The notes under the pieces are model-generated. The model saw only the letters and a program-made list of their open reading frames with translations. It was not told the origin of the DNA and did no database searches. Both the position numbers and the translations under genes were made by a program. Of a stretch of DNA of 64,000 nucleotides, positions 60,050 through 64,000 are shown piece by piece. Source of the stretch: Nitrospirota bacterium (GTDB lineage Bacteria > Nitrospirota > UBA9217); contig CAWIYV010000011.1 in the NCBI GenBank assembly GCA_963840455.1, forward strand, positions 32,001 through 96,000. Reading direction: 5' to 3'. Positions within the stretch are counted from its first letter, which is position 1. Each line of letters starts with the position of its first letter.

Positions 60050-61147
60050 TTAATCCTGCATCGGCCTGATCAGTTTGAAGTAGACCATCGTCCAGTTGCC
60101 GAGGATGATGGACGTGATCGCCACGAGGCTCGATACAGCCATTGTGGACATGCCGGTGACGCCGTGGCCGAGGTTGCAGCCGCCGGCGATGACCGCGCCG
60201 ATGCCCATTAGGATGCTGCCGAAGAACACCGTCAGGAACTCCGCCGCCGGTGGGATCTTCCACTTGAACTCCTTGAGGGCCACCGCGCTCAACCAAGCGC
60301 CGAACGGCACGGAGAGGATGAAGAACATGCCCCATGATCCGCGGAAGATGCCGAGGAAGCTGAACTCAGGAAAGTTCGAGTGCGTGCTCTTGGTCAGGAG
60401 CACGCTGAAGAACTCCCGGATCGGCCCGCTAACAGCCATGCCCCGCGGCGCTCCGCCGAAATAGGATGAGACCCACCACGATGCGATGGTCAGTACACCG
60501 ATCAAGATGCCCGTTGTGCCCCAGGCAAAGCCCTTCGATTTCGACTTGAACTCCGGCTTGCCTGCGAACACAAAGGTCAGTACGCCGACGGCGAAGATCG
60601 CGATCGTGAGCCATTTGAGCGCTGGGCCTCCTCCAAAGAGGTCCCAGATGGCGGGGCTCGAGGTGCCGTTGATCTCGACCTTGAAACCCTTGAGATAATT
60701 ATTGATCGGGCTCAGCAGACCGTCCGCGGTCATCACGGCGCCGAAGAAGAACCCGAGGATGGCGATAAGGGCGGACAGCTGGCCCTCGCCGATACGATAG
60801 ACGATGCCGCTGGCGCACCCTCCGGCGAGAACGATCCCGAGGCCGAAGAGAAACCCGCCGAAGATGTTCGCCACCGGAACAAAGCTCTGACGAAGGAGCG
60901 CCACGGTCTCAAGGTTCCCAGTATCGGGATTGATCACCTGGAGAAGACCCATGTCCTCTAACAGGTTTGATCCGATGATTGCCACGACCAGGGCGAAGAG
61001 ATAGGAGCGGAAGAGCGTCAGGTCCTTCATGAAGATGATGTCGCGGAACGCAGAGTTCAGACAAAAACGACCCCTCTGCAGAATATAGCCGAGGGCAAGA
61101 CCGGCCAAAATTGCGGTCCCAAAAGAGATGATGCTACTATGCAGCAT
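60050..61147 (-). CDS. YeeE/YedE thiosulfate/sulfur transporter
   Basis: QRGRFCLNS, LAGGCASG, IAGGCNLGHG. Confidence 0.9.
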   Translation of the reverse strand: MLHSSIISFGTAILAGLALGYILQRGRFCLNSAFRDIIFMKDLTLFRSYLFALVVAIIGSNLLEDMGLLQVINPDTGNLETVALLRQSFVPVANIFGGFLFGLGIVLAGGCASGIVYRIGEGQLSALIAILGFFFGAVMTADGLLSPINNYLKGFKVEINGTSSPAIWDLFGGGPALKWLTIAIFAVGVLTFVFAGKPEFKSKSKGFAWGTTGILIGVLTIASWWVSSYFGGAPRGMAVSGPIREFFSVLLTKSTHSNFPEFSFLGIFRGSWGMFFILSVPFGAWLSAVALKEFKWKIPPAAEFLTVFFGSILMGIGAVIAGGCNLGHGVTGMSTMAVSSLVAITSIILGNWTMVYFKLIRPMQD

Positions 61148-61625
61148 AAGTTTTTCTCTCCTTCCAGTCTACTGTGTGGGATTTTTCACTTCTCGATCTC
61201 TTCGCGACAAGAACGGGCACGCTCGTGCTCCGCTCGACTGCCTTGAAAACGCAACCCCTTACGAACGGTCGAAACAGGGAAAAACCGTCGTCGGCAATGA
61301 TGATCAGATCCACCCTTTCTTCCCGGGCGAGGTTCAGTATCTCCTCGGACGGATCACCCTCCCTGAGGACGGTCTTGACCTTCACCGTGCCGGCTTTCTC
61401 AAGTTCCTTCTCGTAGAAACCAAGGATCCGGTCGGACCCCTCGTCCCGCGCTTGATCACGCCCGGGATGCCGCTGCTCACTCACGTCTCGTAATGCTGTC
61501 CTGTCCGCGGGCCGCCGTACGTGGACCAATACAACGCTCTCCGGTTCCCGAACCATGGCCCTGTGCACGGAAAGAACGGATTTCGCCCCTCCTGTCTCGT
61601 CCACAACCATGAGGACCTTCTTCAT
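61137..61625 (-). CDS. Universal stress protein
   Basis: KKVLMVVDE, EGDPSEEIL, VPVLVAK. Confidence 0.85.
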   Translation of the reverse strand: MKKVLMVVDETGGAKSVLSVHRAMVREPESVVLVHVRRPADRTALRDVSEQRHPGRDQARDEGSDRILGFYEKELEKAGTVKVKTVLREGDPSEEILNLAREERVDLIIIADDGFSLFRPFVRGCVFKAVERSTSVPVLVAKRSRSEKSHTVDWKERKTYAA

Positions 61626-61712
61626 CCCCCCTCCTGAAGAAAAAAGTACTATGACGGGCGAGATAACATACCTCGCCCGTCATAGGAACGACTCAAAAAA
61701 CTGCCGAATTGA

Positions 61713-62228
61713 TTACTTCAAACCCACGGCCGCTGCCGCAGTCCAGGCAAATTTCTCTTCCGAAGAGGGATCCTTCGCAACGAGGACCGGGACCGGGGCA
61801 TACTTCTCGATATCCTTGCTGATGGATCCGGTAACCATTCTCTGCATGAAGGTTTTTCCGTTGTACCCTGTAACAATAAGGTCCACACCCTCTTCCTGGG
61901 CGACCTTCAGGATTTCCTCGGAGGTAATGCCGTCCCTGATGATTGCCTTCACACTGACCAGCCCGCCGTTCTCCAGCTCCTTCCGGTAGAAGTTCAGTAT
62001 CTTTTCCGATTTCCGGTCCAGGCTCTCTTTATATTCCGTTCCCTTCAAAGCTTCGCGAAGCGTGTTCAGCTCAGCCTCTCCGAGCATGTCGATCATCATG
62101 GACTTCCCCTCGAGCTGCTGCACATGGACCAGCACCACGCTCTCCGGAGGACGCACCATGTTCTGGAATACCGACAGAACCGCTTTTGAACCCTCTGTCT
62201 CGTCTACTGCGATCAAAACCTTCTTCAT
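61713..62228 (-). CDS. Universal stress protein
   Basis: KKVLIAVDE, DLIVTG, GSIS, VPVLVAK. Confidence 0.88.
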   Translation of the reverse strand: MKKVLIAVDETEGSKAVLSVFQNMVRPPESVVLVHVQQLEGKSMMIDMLGEAELNTLREALKGTEYKESLDRKSEKILNFYRKELENGGLVSVKAIIRDGITSEEILKVAQEEGVDLIVTGYNGKTFMQRMVTGSISKDIEKYAPVPVLVAKDPSSEEKFAWTAAAAVGLK

Positions 62229-62270
62229 AACTACCTCCTTGTTTGTGGGGCGATTAACCCGTATAATATG

Positions 62271-62855
62271 TTAATGGATAACTGTTACCTTCTGGAGGAT
62301 GAATCCCAGAATGAACAGAGCGAATACGACTGCCGATGTGACGGACACAGCGGCCCATGCATCCCTTTTCGTGAACGGCTCTTCGCACATGAGCGGCCGG
62401 CGTGCTACCATGACTGGGACCTTGGCGTTCTTTTCCACGTGCTGGGCGACCTTTCCGGTGATGAACCGGTCGAAGCCTTTCCGTCCGCTCTGGCCGAGGA
62501 TGATGAGGTCCGCGCCGACCTCATCGGCAGCCTGAAGGATCTCTTCGGTCGGGATGCCTTCCCTCCTCATGGTACGAATTGTTACCTGACCGTCATTCTT
62601 AAGCTCTCTGGAGTAAAAGGCAAGGATCTTCTCCGACCTGGCCTCCACCGCCTCTATATGATCGGTGCCGCGGAGCATTTCCTTGAGCGTGGACCTCTCT
62701 GCATCGCCCAGCATGTCGATCATCAGGGAGCGACCTTCTAGCCTCTCTACATGAAGGAGGATGACCTCGACCGGCAACTGTACAAAGTTATGGAATACTG
62801 ACAATACGTTCTGAGAGCCTTTCGTATCATCTACAGCGATCAAGATCTTTTTCAT
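62271..62855 (-). CDS. Universal stress protein with C-terminal TM helix
   Basis: KKILIAVDD, DLIILGQSG; tail AWAAVSVTSAVVFALFILGFIL. Confidence 0.85.
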   Translation of the reverse strand: MKKILIAVDDTKGSQNVLSVFHNFVQLPVEVILLHVERLEGRSLMIDMLGDAERSTLKEMLRGTDHIEAVEARSEKILAFYSRELKNDGQVTIRTMRREGIPTEEILQAADEVGADLIILGQSGRKGFDRFITGKVAQHVEKNAKVPVMVARRPLMCEEPFTKRDAWAAVSVTSAVVFALFILGFILQKVTVIH

Positions 62856-62905
62856 GTAACCTCCAAAGCCGTTAGACCACTTTGTTTCGTATCTGACTTA
62901 TTAAT

Positions 62906-62921
62906 AGCAAATCTAATGCCA
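62906..62921 (-). promoter_or_regulatory. sigma54 promoter for the usp-usp-usp-yeeE operon
   Basis: Minus strand reads TGGCAT-TAGAT-TTGCT; divergent from a sigma54 activator gene. Confidence 0.72.
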
Positions 62922-63092
62922 TATTTTGTTTATTTACAAGCATCAACTTATCAATGAGTTACATGTCATTATAACAATATAATTGACATTTCTTTGTTAA
63001 AATGTTAGTTAACGTTAATTGTGTTAAGTTAACAATTAACATATTGCTAATTAACACATTACATTTTACAACGCTAGTTACCAAGGTGCCCA

Positions 63093-64000
63093 ATGCCTAA
63101 CATCGAACAATTATGCAAAGAGCCGAACTTCCTGATCAATGTCTTCGAGACCATGCGAGATGGTCTCATGATCGTCGACAAGGATGGCAACATCATTTTT
63201 TTTAACGCTGCCGCCGAACGGATCACCGGCTACCGCAAGGAAGAGGTCGTCGGACAGCAGTGCACCATTCTTGACAGCGATACCTGCGTCATCCTGACCG
63301 ACGAAGGCCGCCAGAAGGACTGCGGCATATTCAAGACGGGAGCCTCCATCAATAACAAGAAGTGCCGGATCCGCGCGAGCGACGGAAGGGCTGTCTACCT
63401 TCTGAAGAACGCAACGATCCTGAAGAACGAAAAAGGCGAGATGATCGGTGCCGTGGAATCCATGACGGACATCACCTCTCTCTATATGAAGGAAATGGAG
63501 CTCGAAGAGCTGAAGCATGAGTTGCGGCAGGAATACTGGTTCATGGGTCTCCTCGGGAAGAGCGAACCGATGCAGCATCTGTTCGAGCAGATCCGGAACG
63601 CCGCCGGCAGCGAGGCCCCCGTGCTCGTCAGCGGCGAAAGCGGCACCGGCAAGAACCTCGTGGCCCAGGCCATTCACGGGCTCAGCAGGCGCAAGGAAGG
63701 CCCCTTCGTCGCGTTGAACTGCGGGTCGCTCAATGACTATCTTCTCGAGAGCGAGCTCTTCGGCCACAAGAAAGGCTCCTTCACCGGGGCCATGAGCGAC
63801 CGCATGGGCAGGTTCGAGGCCGCCCATAACGGGAGCATCTTCCTCGACGAGATTGGTGATATGCCAAAGGTCATGCAGGTGAAGCTGCTGCGGGTCCTCG
63901 AAGAGAAGGTGGTAGAGCGCGTGGGAGACCACCGGCCGGTGCCGGTCAACGTTCGGTTGATCTCCGCGACGAACAAGGACCTGAATTCCCTCGTCAATTC
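63093..64000 (+). CDS. PAS-domain sigma54-dependent activator (runs off window; not in ORF track)
   Basis: DGLMIVDKDGNIIFFNAAAERITGY (PAS), GESGTGK, ESELFGHKKGSFTGA, IFLDEIG. Confidence 0.9.
   Translation, partial: MPNIEQLCKEPNFLINVFETMRDGLMIVDKDGNIIFFNAAAERITGYRKEEVVGQQCTILDSDTCVILTDEGRQKDCGIFKTGASINNKKCRIRASDGRAVYLLKNATILKNEKGEMIGAVESMTDITSLYMKEMELEELKHELRQEYWFMGLLGKSEPMQHLFEQIRNAAGSEAPVLVSGESGTGKNLVAQAIHGLSRRKEGPFVALNCGSLNDYLLESELFGHKKGSFTGAMSDRMGRFEAAHNGSIFLDEIGDMPKVMQVKLLRVLEEKVVERVGDHRPVPVNVRLISATNKDLNSLVN

Noticed and set aside
39445-61147. Selenocysteine (UGA) recoding in TusA, DsrE, rhodanese or YeeE genes
   Set aside because: All candidate active-site positions are Cys codons and the ORFs are uninterrupted.

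Overview
GC-rich bacterial chromosomal window, probably from an anaerobe. Gene content suggests Nitrospirota or Desulfobacterota, which is inference only. It has four parts. (1) 1-8 kb: housekeeping and signalling genes (GAF histidine kinase/response regulator, rlmD, ferritin-like protein, dusB, yajD). (2) 8-23 kb: an extracellular electron transfer region with a triheme c7 cytochrome, a clear OmcS-type hexaheme nanowire cytochrome, an NHL beta-propeller, a ~31-heme cytochrome, a lipoprotein and an AhbD-like heme synthase. (3) 23-39 kb: envelope and peptidoglycan-recycling genes, large secreted proteins and a DUF2318/MacB-type ABC operon. (4) 39-64 kb: a sulfur-trafficking island with two YeeE/YedE, two TusA, a miniature DsrF-H-E-like trio, an exported rhodanese, a split-Soret-like cytochrome, TauE with small membrane proteins, six USPs, two sigma54 activators and a membrane-anchored (GGYGSAPAA)n repeat protein. 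Seven copies or remnants of a ~113-bp transposase-less element with IS200/IS605-type ends are scattered across the window. One splits a tusE/dsrC-like gene, and its removal restores the reading frame. Another supplies the apparent rlmD start codon. No rRNA, tRNA or CRISPR array was seen. All calls come from motif recognition by eye; no database searches were run.
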